Of a stretch of 64,000 nucleotides of DNA, positions 1-12,270 are shown in pieces; the stretch's first letter is position 1, and every line of letters starts with the position of its first letter. The stretch comes from Camelus dromedarius (Eukaryota), in contig NC_087437.1 in assembly GCF_036321535.1 (NCBI RefSeq), positions 118,608,001-118,672,000 of the forward strand. Reading direction: 5' to 3'. Under the pieces are notes generated by a model. It searched no databases. It was not told where the DNA came from and saw only the letters and a list, made by a program, of their open reading frames with translations. Both the position numbers and the translations under genes were made by a program.

Positions 1-1619
1 TTTACAATTTAAGGTAAAGGGCAAGGTTCTTTGAAACTTCCTTCAAGGTACACCCATGGCATGACTTTTTCTTGTTTGTCTTTTGTCTCTGTTTTACTTG
101 TACAGTTTACAGATGTTAACACACTCTGAATCACCTGGATTATAGTGTTTGTTTAGGAGTTTTTATTAGGGTAGCAGTAAAAGAAAACACATTTATTAAA
201 TTTGTATGGTCGAATAGAAACGGAGCCTCCAGGCGGCACTAGAACCACAGCAGGCAGAGGTGCCCCCGCCAGGCGGGGGTGGGGGGGGCATCGCGCGGCC
301 TTCCCCTCACCCCGGAGTCGGAGCACAGGCAGGCTGCAGGCACCCGGGGGTCTCCGGGCACTCTAAGTAACCATGCATCAAAGAGACTGTGGATCCCCTG
401 CGCTCATTAGCATCAGGACCTTCACAAAACAGGGAAGGACAGAACTGAACGTTCTCCAGTTTGTGGCGACCCAAAGGAAGTCATGATGGTGTGCAGGAGG
501 AGGGCGGCGGGCTGGGGGGGGTTTCCACCCGGAAGGGATGTCAGAGGCAGCGGAATTGGCACTGGGTGTGCCCCCCGGGTTCCAGGAGACCGGGTGGGTC
601 TGCATGCACTTGAGAGGTCCCCTCCCCTGGCCTGTCATCAGGCACCACAGCTCCTTGTACAGAGCTGGGCTTTGAGCCAGAGCTAAGTGTGAAACAGAAT
701 CGTGGGTGCAGAAAGGCCTGTTTTCTCTCCATAAGGAATTTGTTCCAGCTCAAGTTTACTAGCGAGTGGTGCAGGCAGTGGGGGTGGGGGCAACAGGCAG
801 GGGGCAGGGTGTGTCTGCCAGCGCTGTGGCTTCTCACGAGGCACTGGGCTGAGAACATCACAGGGCACCTTCACTGGAGGCTCAGGACTTCCCCACAAGG
901 CAGACTTTGTAGGGCCAAGTCATTCCTGTTCTGGAGCTGGGTGGGCTGAGCGTCAGAGGGGTTCAGCCCTCGCCGAGGGCGGTCAGAGCACAGAGCCCTG
1001 TCTGTGCAGCCCGGATGGCTTCTGGGGCCCTGTAATAACTTAGATTCCTACTTGTAACAGACGGTGTGACCTTGGGCAGAACATTTGATCTTCACATGAC
1101 TTTGAAAATGAAAGCAGTACGACTGATTTGATGCTGATTGTTTGGAAGGGGATAGTGCAAAGCTAAATTATCTGGAATTAGTAACATGTAAAGCTTCCTT
1201 GAGAATCAGCTGCTTCAGGGTTCTTTTGAGTGTCCGGACTCCCCATGTCATCTTTTACCTTTTTATCTCTGAAGCTGCAAGATTTCCAACAATTGGCTTC
1301 ACTTCCCCAGGACTGAGGAGACAAGCACAGGATTCGTAGGAAGTGGAGCAGGTCCAGAAACAGGGCTGGCAGAGGGGTCCGGGTGGGTGGCCCAAAGGCG
1401 TTTCTGAAGTGGGCTAACTGAACACCCAGTGCTGATCACAGAGTACCAGCCCCAGGTGCTTTGCACCAAGGATGTGGGTCAGAACCACCTGTGAGGTCTC
1501 TTGACGTCACCGTTGCCTGGGTTCCAGAGCACCCCGGCTGGATCGGGCTCTCTTGGTGGGTCCTGGCCGCTGGTGTGCTTTTAAACCTTTAAAGGGGTAA
1601 TAGTGATACCTGTCCTGTG

Positions 1620-1790
1620 TGCCGCACACTCGTCCAAGCATTCTGTGTGCGCGGCCTCATTTAAGCCCCAGGGGAGCTCTAGGCTGCTACTGTCCTCCCC
1701 GTTTTACAGATAAGCAAACAAAGGAACAAATCACATGGTTAGCGGTGGGCGTTGGAGCCAGGATGCAATTCCAGGCAGTGTTGACTTGGC
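1620..1790 (-). mobile_element. MIR SINE relic
   Basis: ctcccgttttacagataagcaaac core typical of MIR in reverse orientation. Confidence 0.6.
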
Positions 1791-2949
1791 TGCCCCCCAA
1801 GAAGGTGGACACAGACCCGGTCACTGCCAGACCCAGCCCATTTCAAGAGGGGGCTTCATCCCACTCCTTGACCTGAACCCCAAGTGTTTAGACAAAGATC
1901 ACACATAGAGATGGTGCCAGGTTCTGCCAGAGAGCCCAAGGAAGCTGAGAAAGCAGCAGGTAGGGGGCCAAATACAAATGAACTAAACAGATGGGGAGAT
2001 TTCTGTCTGTTTGATCACAAGGCTCTCCTCCCTCCCTCCAGAATTAGATGTGTAGCACTTCTGGAAAATAAATAATCCCTATGTTAACCGCAGGTGGTCA
2101 GAGTATGCCTAGAGCATCTATGATGTTTCAACTGTTTTCACTCACAGTGACCAACTCTAATCGCTCCCTGTTGTCAAAGCCAAGTCTAAGTGTAAGTCTG
2201 TAACCTTCCCTCCTGACCACCAGCACCTGTGGCCCAACCCCAACTAAGACCTGTTCACAGACCCTCCCTTCTTTTCAGTCCTGGAGAAATAGGACTCTTC
2301 CCTGAAGGTATCGCTTCACGTAAGGGAGGCACCGAGCAAATTACTGAAGCATGGCTGTGGGGAATCAAGCCTTCAAACTTCAGGAGAATAGCGTCATTCC
2401 TTTACTGATCCCCAGAGGTCAGTCGACAGCTGGCAGAGCTGAGCCACAGCCCAGGGTCCAGGATCGGGGGTGAACTGTCCTCAGGGTCAGGTACGTGTCA
2501 TTGGCGTGATGCACGACCTCGGCTGAAAACGGGTGAATCAAAACTGTTTCTGAAGCTGCCAAGGCAGCTCCTGGAGACACTGCTCTCTCCTTACTCAGAA
2601 ATGTCTAAGATTAGAATCCACCACCTACCTCGGTAACCCACTTCCACATCTTCTCCCGCCCCGCTCACGAGGCTGTCGGGCGGGGTGAGCAGGGCAGCAT
2701 CTCAGTAGCTTCTGGAAAAACTGTCTCATTTTTACAACAGGGCTGAACCTAAAGGAAAAGTACCAAGTAGTAGGTAGCTCTGCTGGAGGTTCCTGAATTA
2801 CTGCCCTTTAATTGTAAGCTTGTTTCTTGTTGAGCCGTGAAAAATACGACACAGGAAGAAATGCAATGTGTGTTTCATGCCTGGTGCCTGCGTGGGATCC
2901 CTCCAAGTGCTGCGCTGAAGCCCTGTCCTCCTTTCTCACCCTCCCGCAG

Positions 2950-3078
2950 CCGTCAAGTTCTCTGGAGACGTTCTTTGATTCCCTCGTGGCACAAGCAAAA
3001 ATCCCCAACGTTTTCTCCATGCAGATGTGCGGGGCTGGGTTGCCGGTAGCCGGATCTGGTACCAACGGAGGTAGTCTT
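2950..3078 (+). CDS. BACE2: BACE2 coding exon 4 (human numbering), 129 nt, phase 0-0
   Basis: Acceptor ctcccgcAG|, donor |GTgggt. Translates PSSSLETFFDSLVAQAKIPNVFSMQMCGAGLPVAGSGTNGGSL, recognisable as beta-secretase 2. Exons 1-3 lie upstream of the window. Confidence 0.97.
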
Positions 3079-3485
3079 GTGGGTATCTTTTAGTCTTAAA
3101 GGGGGGAAAATCACAAATCAGTGGGCAGTTTTTTCTGCTTTATTCAGACCCGGATAGAAATATTAGACATGTCGGCATACAAAGGTTCTGCAAAATTTCG
3201 ATAATCTTGGTTATAGAGCCTTTATAAAAGGGATAAAATGAGGTGTTATTTTTCTCTTTCCTGATCATCCTGCTGTCTAGTAAGATGATTCCAAATTCCA
3301 TTAAAATGTTTTTTTCAAATGTTCCTTTGAAAGATAACTGTTTCTGTTGGGTGCGGGAGGGGCACTGCGGAACAGTGGGAGCTGTGGCAGGAGGACCCTG
3401 CTCTGGGGAGAGGAGGTAACGGGGATGCCTGTAATGCCATAAATTTTGTGGGGAGACAGGGACACCTGCATATCCTCTCTCTTTC

Positions 3486-3486
<1 letters not shown>

Positions 3487-3523
<37 letters not shown>
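3487..3523. repeat. (AC)~18 microsatellite
   Basis: Perfect dinucleotide run seen directly. Confidence 0.95.
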
Positions 3524-3525
<2 letters not shown>

Positions 3526-4239
3526 GAAAGAGAGTCAACACCGTGGACGTGCTGTAGCCCAAGGCCCCCTTGATGGACCCTGCACCCAGGAGGTAGTGAT
3601 GGGCGCCCTCCCATCGCTAGGTGGAGGTGATGGGGAGGTGGAGTGTACAAGAAGGGCCCCAGGCGGGGTGCTGCTGACCCCTTTGCTCTCCGGCTGTGAG
3701 AAGCACTCTCATCTGCTTCCATTCGCTAACAATACACCCACTCTTAACACCTTTTTTCATCCCTTTTTCAGGGGAGAAGGTAGCCTAGGATTGCGGAGTG
3801 TGCCGTTACACAGTTTCGCAAAATGAAGTTTTGATTAAGGAAGCTCTTTTGTTCTACTCCCATGCCAAATGCGTGGGGCAGGAAGGCATCCTCTGTCTTC
3901 TAAGGAATTAAACTTTAGTCGATCTAAGTGGTTAACCATCTTATTGCATTTCTTTGCTGGGGGTGGGGGGGTAGGGTGGGGACCTCAATATAATAAAGCT
4001 GGAATTCTGTGTACTTCCCTTAGATGAGGGAAGCCACCACAGCACCTTGCTTAGACTGGGGCATAATACTCTTTGACTTTTGGATACATGGCCCCAAAAT
4101 GCTCCCTGTTTAATTTTCAGGCATATGTATTCGATTACAGTATCACAATAAAGTGCTTCAAGTGCAGTCTTGCCTCTCTGTGTACCTTGCTATATGCCTG
4201 TATGCCTTTTCTCTCATATCTAAGTGCTTTTCTTCCCAG

Positions 4240-4374
4240 GTCCTGGGTGGAATTGAACCAACTTTGTACAAGGGAGACATCTGGTATACCCCTATTAAGG
4301 AGGAGTGGTATTATCAGATAGAAATTCTGAAATTGGAAATCGGAGGCCAGAGCCTTAATCTGGACTGCAGAGAG
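4240..4374 (+). CDS. BACE2: BACE2 coding exon 5, 135 nt, phase 0-0
   Basis: tcttcccAG| ... |GTattt. Translates VLGGIEPTLYKGDIWYTPIKEEWYYQIEILKLEIGGQSLNLDCRE. Confidence 0.97.
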
Positions 4375-5623
4375 GTATTTCCACTGTGATCTCCTTCTGT
4401 CGACTGTCTGTGTGTGCCTGGGTCATTTACATATTACAGCTGGAACCTGAATTTGAAATCAGAGGGTACATTACATTACAAGGTAAATCAAAGATTGATG
4501 ACATTAAAAGCTATAGGGCCTTTTTATAGATAATTTCACATCAATGACCTCCCCTTCCAAAATGTTTCCTTCCAACTGCTTGTCTTAATAGGGGAGAATT
4601 AGCATCAAATGGTGAGTGAAGAGAACTGTCTAGAACTACATCGTCTTGGCCTGATGGTACCTGAACTCTGTCCTAGGGGAGGAAGTGAGCGGGGTTTTGT
4701 CCATGTGAGGGGACAAAGGGGGACTAAAAACAAGCAAAATGAAACCAGAAATAAATTGTCAGCTTTATCCTCCATTCACAGCTACGCCCCATTCCCCCCA
4801 GTACACAGTTCTCACTCGAAGAAACATTACACTCTAAAGACGCTTGCTGAGGCTAAAAGGAGGCAGACATGCACAGCTGTGAATCACGTCTCTCGTTAAC
4901 CTTGTTCGCACCCCCGCTGGGTTTGGGCTGACCTGTGGTACATAATGACATGACTGTGATGATCTGAGGGAGCCTTGGTCCTCTGCAACATTTGCAGAAA
5001 GGTTCATAAAACCACCAGCACTTCATCAGCATTTATTATATTCCTACTGGCCATCACTTCCTTTCATTTAAACCATCACATTGCACCATAAATTCTCATA
5101 GACACCGATGCCTCTGAAAAACCAACAAAGGTTGATAAAGTGATGGTGCACTCCACTGTGGTGCTGTTTCAGGGTCCACAGATCTGTGTTTATTGTCCTA
5201 AGGCATTTGCCATTCCAGAATCCCAGTGGTAGAATCAAATGTGAGAGTCTAAAATGAAGCACAAAATCCACGTGTATGTGTGTGTGTGTGAGAGGGTGTG
5301 CTGGAGAATATAAGCAGGTATTTGGAAGTTTGATCCTATATTCTTGTTTCTTTCCTGCCCGCCAGTCCACCAGCCACACCCCAGCAGAGCAGACGACACA
5401 ACCCAGAATGCCCCGTCCCAGCGTTTCGGCGTGCTAGCTTCTCTTCCACATACAAATGCGATAATTTTGTGAACAAACTAGATCATATCTACACTGAACT
5501 TGTTTTTAAACTGCAGTTAGCTTTACATTTGAAAAGCATACGAATCAATTGCTCTATGTCAACTTCTCAAAATTCTTCCCTCTTGCCACCTGCTACCTAA
5601 ACAAATCCTTATTTCATTTTGGC

Positions 5624-5650
5624 CTGATTGGCGTATTTGGTCACATGACT
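5624..5650 (-). promoter_or_regulatory. Candidate composite E-box/M-box (AGTCATGTGACC) plus CCAAT box, 10-bp spacing
   Basis: Plus strand reads ctgATTGGcgtatttggtCACATGact. Motif match only. Confidence 0.35.
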
Positions 5651-6336
5651 CCTGGGTTTGTCCTGGAAGCAGGAGGATGGAGTTGCCCATGACCCATTTC
5701 ATTCCTGGGCAGCCTTGTTCATATGGTTATGTCCCTAGAGGTTGGAGTGGCTTCTCTGGGATTGGCCCACTGACCTCTGTTCATCTCACTCAACTACATG
5801 AAGAAAGACTGAGGCGGGGACAGGGCTGGCAATGCCTGCGTGTGTGCGAGGTTCTCCTCCTGAACGTGGCTTTGGTCCCATTCTAAATGCAAATCTGGGA
5901 GAGTCTACTGAAAAATTGCCCTTCCTCTTCCTGTGTCTCCATTAGGGGAATAGAGAGTTGATTTTGCATGATTTGTATAAATGGCATTTAGTGTGTCATT
6001 TCAGCCTCTAAAGATAAAACTTTGTCTTTGGGGGATCCCTGACAAGGAATCTGGGCACCTCTGAATAAGAGCGATGCTCTGTCTTAGGAGGGCTGTTGAT
6101 TTTGGTCCCATCACTTCCCTCTCCTGGCCTCAGTTTCTTCATCTGTGAAGGGAGAATGTTGGGCTGGAGAGTTCTTGGCTCCCCAAGTTATGAGAATACG
6201 AAGTGAACCAAGGAGGGACCATGACCACCAAGGTTGTCTATAACCGATGTCCTGGGATGGCAGGCTAGAGCCGTGCATCGAGGTGGGTGCCAGGTCCCTC
6301 ACGTGCCTTCTCCCCACCTCCTCTCCCTGGTTCTAG

Positions 6337-6456
<120 letters not shown>

Positions 6457-7845
6457 TGACGAATCTCGGAGGTCACACCAGGTCATGACCGCATACTGGG
6501 GAGTACTACCATGTATTCTAACAGCCTCTGAGGATTTGGGGTTTTTTTTCAACTATTACTTATTAAGTTCACAGTCTTATTCTTTGATGTTAACCAGCCA
6601 GTCATGCCTTCACTTCAACCTCAGAGGACTCAGATCTGAAGGTGCAAGGCTTTTCAGTATTTCGAGCAATAGTCTAGTTGCTATAGCACTTTTTAATCTA
6701 AGGTGGGGGGGAAAAACCCTTGGTAATACACTATATTCAAGTAAGTAGTAAACCAGGAATATGTTTGTAGCCTTTAAAACAAACCAAAAATTGTACTCCT
6801 TTTTTGACTTTCATTCAAGCCATGCTGGGATTTTAATTCCTACTTCTGTAAAAGAACGTGATTCACAGAAAACAAAGGTCAGTCTGCCAATGTAATCATT
6901 ACTTTATGGCCATGGTTTGAAATACAGTTAAAATCATGGTCAAGGACCACATGCCTTTTGAGGGCCTGGTTAACAGTGTTCCCAGTGTGACCCCAACTTT
7001 CCAGTTAGTTCAGTGCAAAAGGATGGACCATAAGATACTGACTGATTGGAAGGACCAAGGCCTCCGGGGCAGAGGAATGGAATTTGGTCTAGTTTCTGCC
7101 ACGTAGTAGCTGAGTGTCTGGGAGGGGTTCATGCCCCCCGAGAGCCTCTGTGTTCTCATCATGGGGTTGTTAGGAGGGTTGAGGGTAAAAGCCTGGTATG
7201 ATGGGCATGCAGTTAAGAAGAGCTTCTACCTAACACCCAAACCACAGTGCTACTACTATTTGCTTGGACGCAAGAGAAGCATTTCTCTTGGCTTCTTGGG
7301 CACTTTCATGAGCATCTGTTCACGCAGGACCACTCTTGCAAGATCACCAAACTGAGTGTTTCCTGCATGAAGTCTTTATCCTGGTGCTGACAGTCCCACT
7401 ACTCCACTGGGCTGGCCGAATTCAAAGAACAATTGATAGAAGATGCAGAGTGGTTGCTTTGTTACAGGTGCTATGTTACAGGGGACGAGGGGAGGAAGAG
7501 TGGGCTTGTGGTCGTCCCTGGCCAAAACCTCAAAAGTCTAAAACGGCTGTGGGCCGAGCAGCAGGCGAATCAAAGGATGAGGGCGGGGCAAATCAAGACG
7601 AGGCAACACCGAGGTCTTCCGTGAACTAAAAGCTCAAGAGAGCAGTGGACCAAAAAGCCAGAGCCAACTGCTGTCTTGTCTGATATCTGCTGAATCAGGA
7701 AAAAAAAAAAAAAGACAGGTAACTTTTTTAGTTCCTTAAATTTAGAACACTGGCTGAAAAGCAGACGGTGCTGGAAATGCAAAGCAATAGGCTGGTTTTC
7801 TCCGATATTAAAAAGGTCCTCAGAAAAATTAACATGAGCATCTTC

Positions 7846-7918
7846 AGAATGTTTTTAAATTGAAGTATAGTCAGTTACAATGTGTCAGTTTCTGGTGTAC
7901 ACCGTTATAGTTCAGCCA
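7846..7918 (-). mobile_element. Severely 5'-truncated L1 3' end
   Basis: ttgaagtatagtcagttacaatgtgtcagtttctggtgtaca matches the reverse complement of the L1 3' end at 48095-48134. Flanked by direct repeat GAGCATCTTC (7836-7845 / 7919-7928). Confidence 0.7.
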
Positions 7919-9745
7919 GAGCATCTTCCAATTAAATATTCCAAGCTATCAATGTTTTACAACCATCCCAAGGGCATGCTTGCTTACAGCATCAGTGTGG
8001 AACTCCAACAAGCCCATGACCAGCCCGGGCTTGGGCAGAGTCTGGGACTTCAGTGGGATGGGGGTCTGTGGCAGAGGGGTGCCAGCACTTCTGAGGTCAG
8101 CGAAGCATGTGTTCAGCAGTGACTGACTTTGTGAAGAAAAAAAAAAAAAAGCATGAGGTAGAAGGAACAAGATGATGAAATCTGTTTGCCTTGTCTAAAA
8201 TTATCCTCTGATTTCAGTGCCTGCATCAGGAAGGAGAAGCCTGGAGAGGCTGTCTGTCTTGGGCAGGGGGCTCCACGAGGGTGGGTGCTGTCTCTGTCTC
8301 ATCGTGTGATGGACCAAAGATGCTCCTGTTCTCTCTCTGCTGGCGTCATCTCAACCAGTTCTCTTGGCTTGGGTTGTTTTTTTTTTTTTCTTTTTCTAGT
8401 TAGGAAAGAAGTGGCTTCGGGGAGTTAAACGTGGTACAGATATTGGGCTCTGACTCTGGGCCTGGACTTTTCAGATGGGATTTTAAAAATGAATGGTTTA
8501 CTGGTCTGTATCTTGAGCTGTACCTGGCAGGGAGTTTTGTGTTTGGTGGGAATCTGGGTTCCCTTCCTACCCAGCTGTGGCACCCTCGTGGCTCAGGACC
8601 CTTCTCCATCTGTAAAACCCTGGAGCAGGATGACACCTTCTGAAAGCTGACTTCTGACGTTAAACTGTGATCCGAGTGTCAAAACTGCCCCCCCAGGGCA
8701 TGAAGCTTAGCCCCCAGGGAGGTCTTCCAGATGGTCCCCCATCCAGTCCTGAGCTGTGCTCCTTAGGCAAATTACTTGGCCCCTCTGAGCCTCATTCTTC
8801 ATCTGGGAATCTGAGCTCTGAGCCCACCGCACTTAGCTCTTCTTGGAATCCAGCAAAATGACTGCCCCACCGCTTACCAACTCATCCCGCAAGGGGTTCT
8901 TCCCTGTGATGCATATTTCAGACCTACTTAATGCTTATAAAAGGTGGAGCTGTATTAAGGCCAGCATTAGAGAGTTCACAGATCAGCAGTGACAGTTTCA
9001 GTGGAGAACCCAGGATGGGTGAAGAGCCCGCAGGGCGCCTTCTCCCCGTCATCCGCCCCCGGCAGGGAGGCAGCACCTGCCCTGCGGCCCCGCAGCAGGC
9101 AGCTCTCACTCATACTCATCCAGAGACACCAGTTCCTGTCCCCCTCGACCTCCGCAGCAGCCCTGCCTACCTGACTTACCTCTTCTCTCCACTTCCGAAG
9201 CACCCTCCTCCCGGACTTCTTCCGGTCCCTGCTCCTCTTGTGGGGGAGGGGGACGTCTCCTTTGCGGGCCGGCCCGTTTCTCAGGGTGGGGCCTACGCCC
9301 CTCTCTTCTTTTTGTAGCCTCTCCTAAGCAACCCCATCCTCGGCTAAACCATCGCTTCCCACCCCGGGTCACTGACTCTCAAATGTGTCTGTCCAGCCCA
9401 GGCCGACTCCCTGGAGGTCAGACTCAGAGAACCAGTGACAGACACAAATTCCACGTGGGCGCCTTCATCACCCACAACGTGCTGCCGAACTCAGATCCCT
9501 GATAAATGATCTCGGGTGGATGCATGATGGTGCCTGTGCGTCCCTCCCCGCCTCACCTCCCGCCCCTTCCTGTCCTGAGCGCCAGCCTCCCTGGCGGTCA
9601 TCGTGTTGTCCAGCGGGGCAGGTTCCCTGCTCTGCCCACCCGCCCCCACCACGTCTCCCTGACGCCCACCCACCCCTCAGCTCAGCTCGTGTGCTTCTTC
9701 CTCAGGGACCTTGAGGGACAGCACTGCCTCCCAGTCAGTAGTCTT

Positions 9746-9892
9746 CTAGCTCCGGCCCACACCCGCATCCCGTGCTCCCCTAGCTCCACCCATCGTGTTC
9801 TCCTAGCCCCGCCCCGTCACGTGCTCTCCTAGCCCCGCCCATCACACGCCTTCCTAGCTCCGCCCATCACGTTGCTTTCCTGGCTCCCCCCC
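9746..9892. repeat. Degenerate ~25-bp tandem repeat, about 5.5 units
   Basis: Units start CTAGC(T/C)CC at 9746, 9780, 9803, 9829, 9854, 9880; consensus ~ctagcyccgcccatcacgtgctctc. Confidence 0.8.
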
Positions 9893-10554
9893 AACTCATG
9901 CTCCTTTAGTTCCGACCTGAGCAGGGCTCCGTGCAGCATGTGTTCAAAGAGGCACAGTCAACACAGCCCCTGCGTCTGGGAGCCGGCAGGCACAGGGCAG
10001 GTCTGCTCGGGAGACTTCCCTGGGCTTGGTGAGCTGGCACAGCAGCAACACGTAAAAACTTGCAGATTCAGCCACTAGTGGACAGCTAGTTCGCACTCCT
10101 AGCCCCCTGATGAGAGGGGCAGGTGGACATTCTGTGTTCTTGGCCATTCTTTTTTTTCCCCTACAAACACTACCTGAGTGTTTCCTGTGGGCTGCGGTTA
10201 GGACTATGGAAAGGGAATGGGGTGACGGACAGCAGACCTGAGTCCTTAGAGGATTCAGATTCGAGTGCAGGAAACAAAAGCTAACCAATTACACCAATGA
10301 ATGTAGAATTATAGCTGCTGCAAGGAGAAAGGCCAAGGAGGAGAGCTGCATGGTGAGGTACCAGCATATTTTGGGGCAGCCAAGGAGGGTTCCCTGGGCA
10401 AGGTGGCATCAGAGCTGAGATCTGGAGGAGGAGAAAGATGGTCCAGGAGAACAGAGAATGCACACAGGAGGAAACTCGCTGGGCTCAGGGAATTCAGAGG
10501 AGAGGTGATAAGCGCCACACTGAAGATCTGGTCTCTCTTCTCTTTAGAGGTCAT

Positions 10555-10740
10555 TGCCTACTGCTGTGTGACCTTGGACAAGTTACTTCTCCTCTCTGTG
10601 CTTTGGTTTCCTCATCTGTAAAGTGGAGGGGATACTGTTACTGCACTGATTCGGGTGTTTGAGGATTAAAGTAATTATTGCTGCAAAGTGCTTATAGCAG
10701 TGCCTAATACCAGTAAGTCTTCCGCATGTCTCAGTAATTT
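10555..10740 (+). mobile_element. MIR SINE relic
   Basis: gctgtgtgaccttggacaagttactt...tttcctcatctgtaaagtgg MIR core. Confidence 0.8.
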
Positions 10741-10924
10741 TAGTAATTGTGATTTTTGTCATCACCATCACTCTTCCAGAGGACTGATGTCTCCGCTTCG
10801 CTGTCCAAATTAAGCATTGTTTATCGCTGTGGGCATCTGGCGAGGTGACAAGGAGAGCTGAGAGCTGCTTCCTGTTGATGTGCCAGACTAGTCATTGTTT
10901 GTCGCATGATCTTGTTTTGTCTAG

Positions 10925-11074
10925 ATTCCAGAATTCTCTGATGGTTTCTGGACTGGGTCCCAGCTGGCATGCTGGGCAAATTCTGAAACACCTTGGTCTT
11001 ACTTCCCCAAAATCTCCATCTACCTGAGAGACGAGAACTCCAGCAGATCCTTCCGTCTAACTATCCTGCCTCAG
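10925..11074 (+). CDS. BACE2: BACE2 coding exon 7, 150 nt, phase 0-0
   Basis: ttttgtctAG| ... |GTatga. Translates IPEFSDGFWTGSQLACWANSETPWSYFPKISIYLRDENSSRSFRLTILPQ, including the NSS glycosylation sequon. Confidence 0.97.
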
Positions 11075-11167
11075 GTATGAACTTGGATTTGTGCTTTTCT
11101 CTTTCTAACACAGACCGTGCAAAAGTAAAGCACTTCATGCAAGATGGGCATATTGGGATATTGCACC

Positions 11168-11678
11168 TGTATTAGAGAGCATTTGCCACGAGAATGCTGT
11201 GTAACAAACAACCTCGAAAGCTGGCTATTTTAATCTGTGAGCCTTATTTCTGCTCCGAGTCTGGGCAGGTCTGCTGGCCTCAGTGGGCTTGCTCACATGT
11301 CTCTGGGCAGCTGGTAGTTGGCCAGGGATAGGCTGGTCTCGGTTTAGGATGGTCTCAGATGGCCTTAGTTGCATATCTGGTGGCTCGGCTGATAGCGTGA
11401 TGGGGCCATTGGCTCTCATCATGCACCGGCTGGCTCGCACAGTGCTGGGAGAGTCCTGGGAGAAAGAAGAAACACACAGGGGTCCCTGAAGTCTAGACCT
11501 GGCACTGGCCACCATCTCTTACATGGTGTTTCCAAAATCAGGCGAGGGCAGCCCAGACTCCCAAGGTGAGAAGATAGATGCCGCCCCTCCATGGAAAGAA
11601 CTGCAGAGTCACATCACAAGGGTGTGGGTCCACAGAAACATAAAGAATTGAGCACATTTTTGCAGTATCTACAGTCAC
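11168..11678 (-). mobile_element. MaLR (MLT1-type) solo LTR
   Basis: tgtattag...gctgtgtaacaaacaacctc start and gagtcacatcacaagggtgtgg end, typical of a reversed MLT1. Confidence 0.65.
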
Positions 11679-11789
11679 ACCCATATATGTTTAGTTCTGA
11701 TTTATTTCTAAGTGAAGATTAAAACTGGATTCTCAGAGATGACTTTTTTTTCTCCATATTCAGTAGATCATCAACTCCTCCTTCATCCT

Positions 11790-12270
11790 AAGCATCTGGT
11801 CAAATAGACCAAATTCCATCTTCTTGAGTCACACGTCTCACTCCATCCCCCTCCTTTCCATTTCCATGCCCCCCACCCACTACCATTTCAGGACCCTCTA
11901 GTGTGTCCTCCATGCATGCCACCCCCCCTCTTCCTTTTGAAACTATTCCCAGATTCATCTTCCTAAGCTGCAGCACGCTCAGCCCCGCTCCTTAAACCCC
12001 GGAGGCCTCATTGGCCAGTGTGGCTTTCAGTGACCTCACGGGATCCCTCCTGGCTCTCCAACATATTTCCTGCTTGCCCTTGACCGTCCATTCTTGGTGG
12101 CTGTTCTCCAGCTCTGGGTGCCGCCTCCATCTCCTAACCTTTGCTTCCACCAACCCCTCTGCCTAAAATGCTGTCTCCTCCCCACTCCATCTGCGTGTCT
12201 AAATTCTTCCCATCCTTTAAGACCCAATTCAAACAACCCCTCTTTGTTGAACATCCGCTGAGGAGAATGA
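11790..12270 (+). mobile_element. L2 LINE relic
   Basis: Pyrimidine-rich L2 3'-region motifs (ctctgcctaaaatgctgtctcctcccc...tcctttaagacccaattcaaa). Confidence 0.55.

Noticed and set aside
1092..1101. Second M-box (AGTCATGTGA on the minus strand)
   Set aside because: Isolated motif within MIR-like sequence, with no supporting neighbouring motifs.
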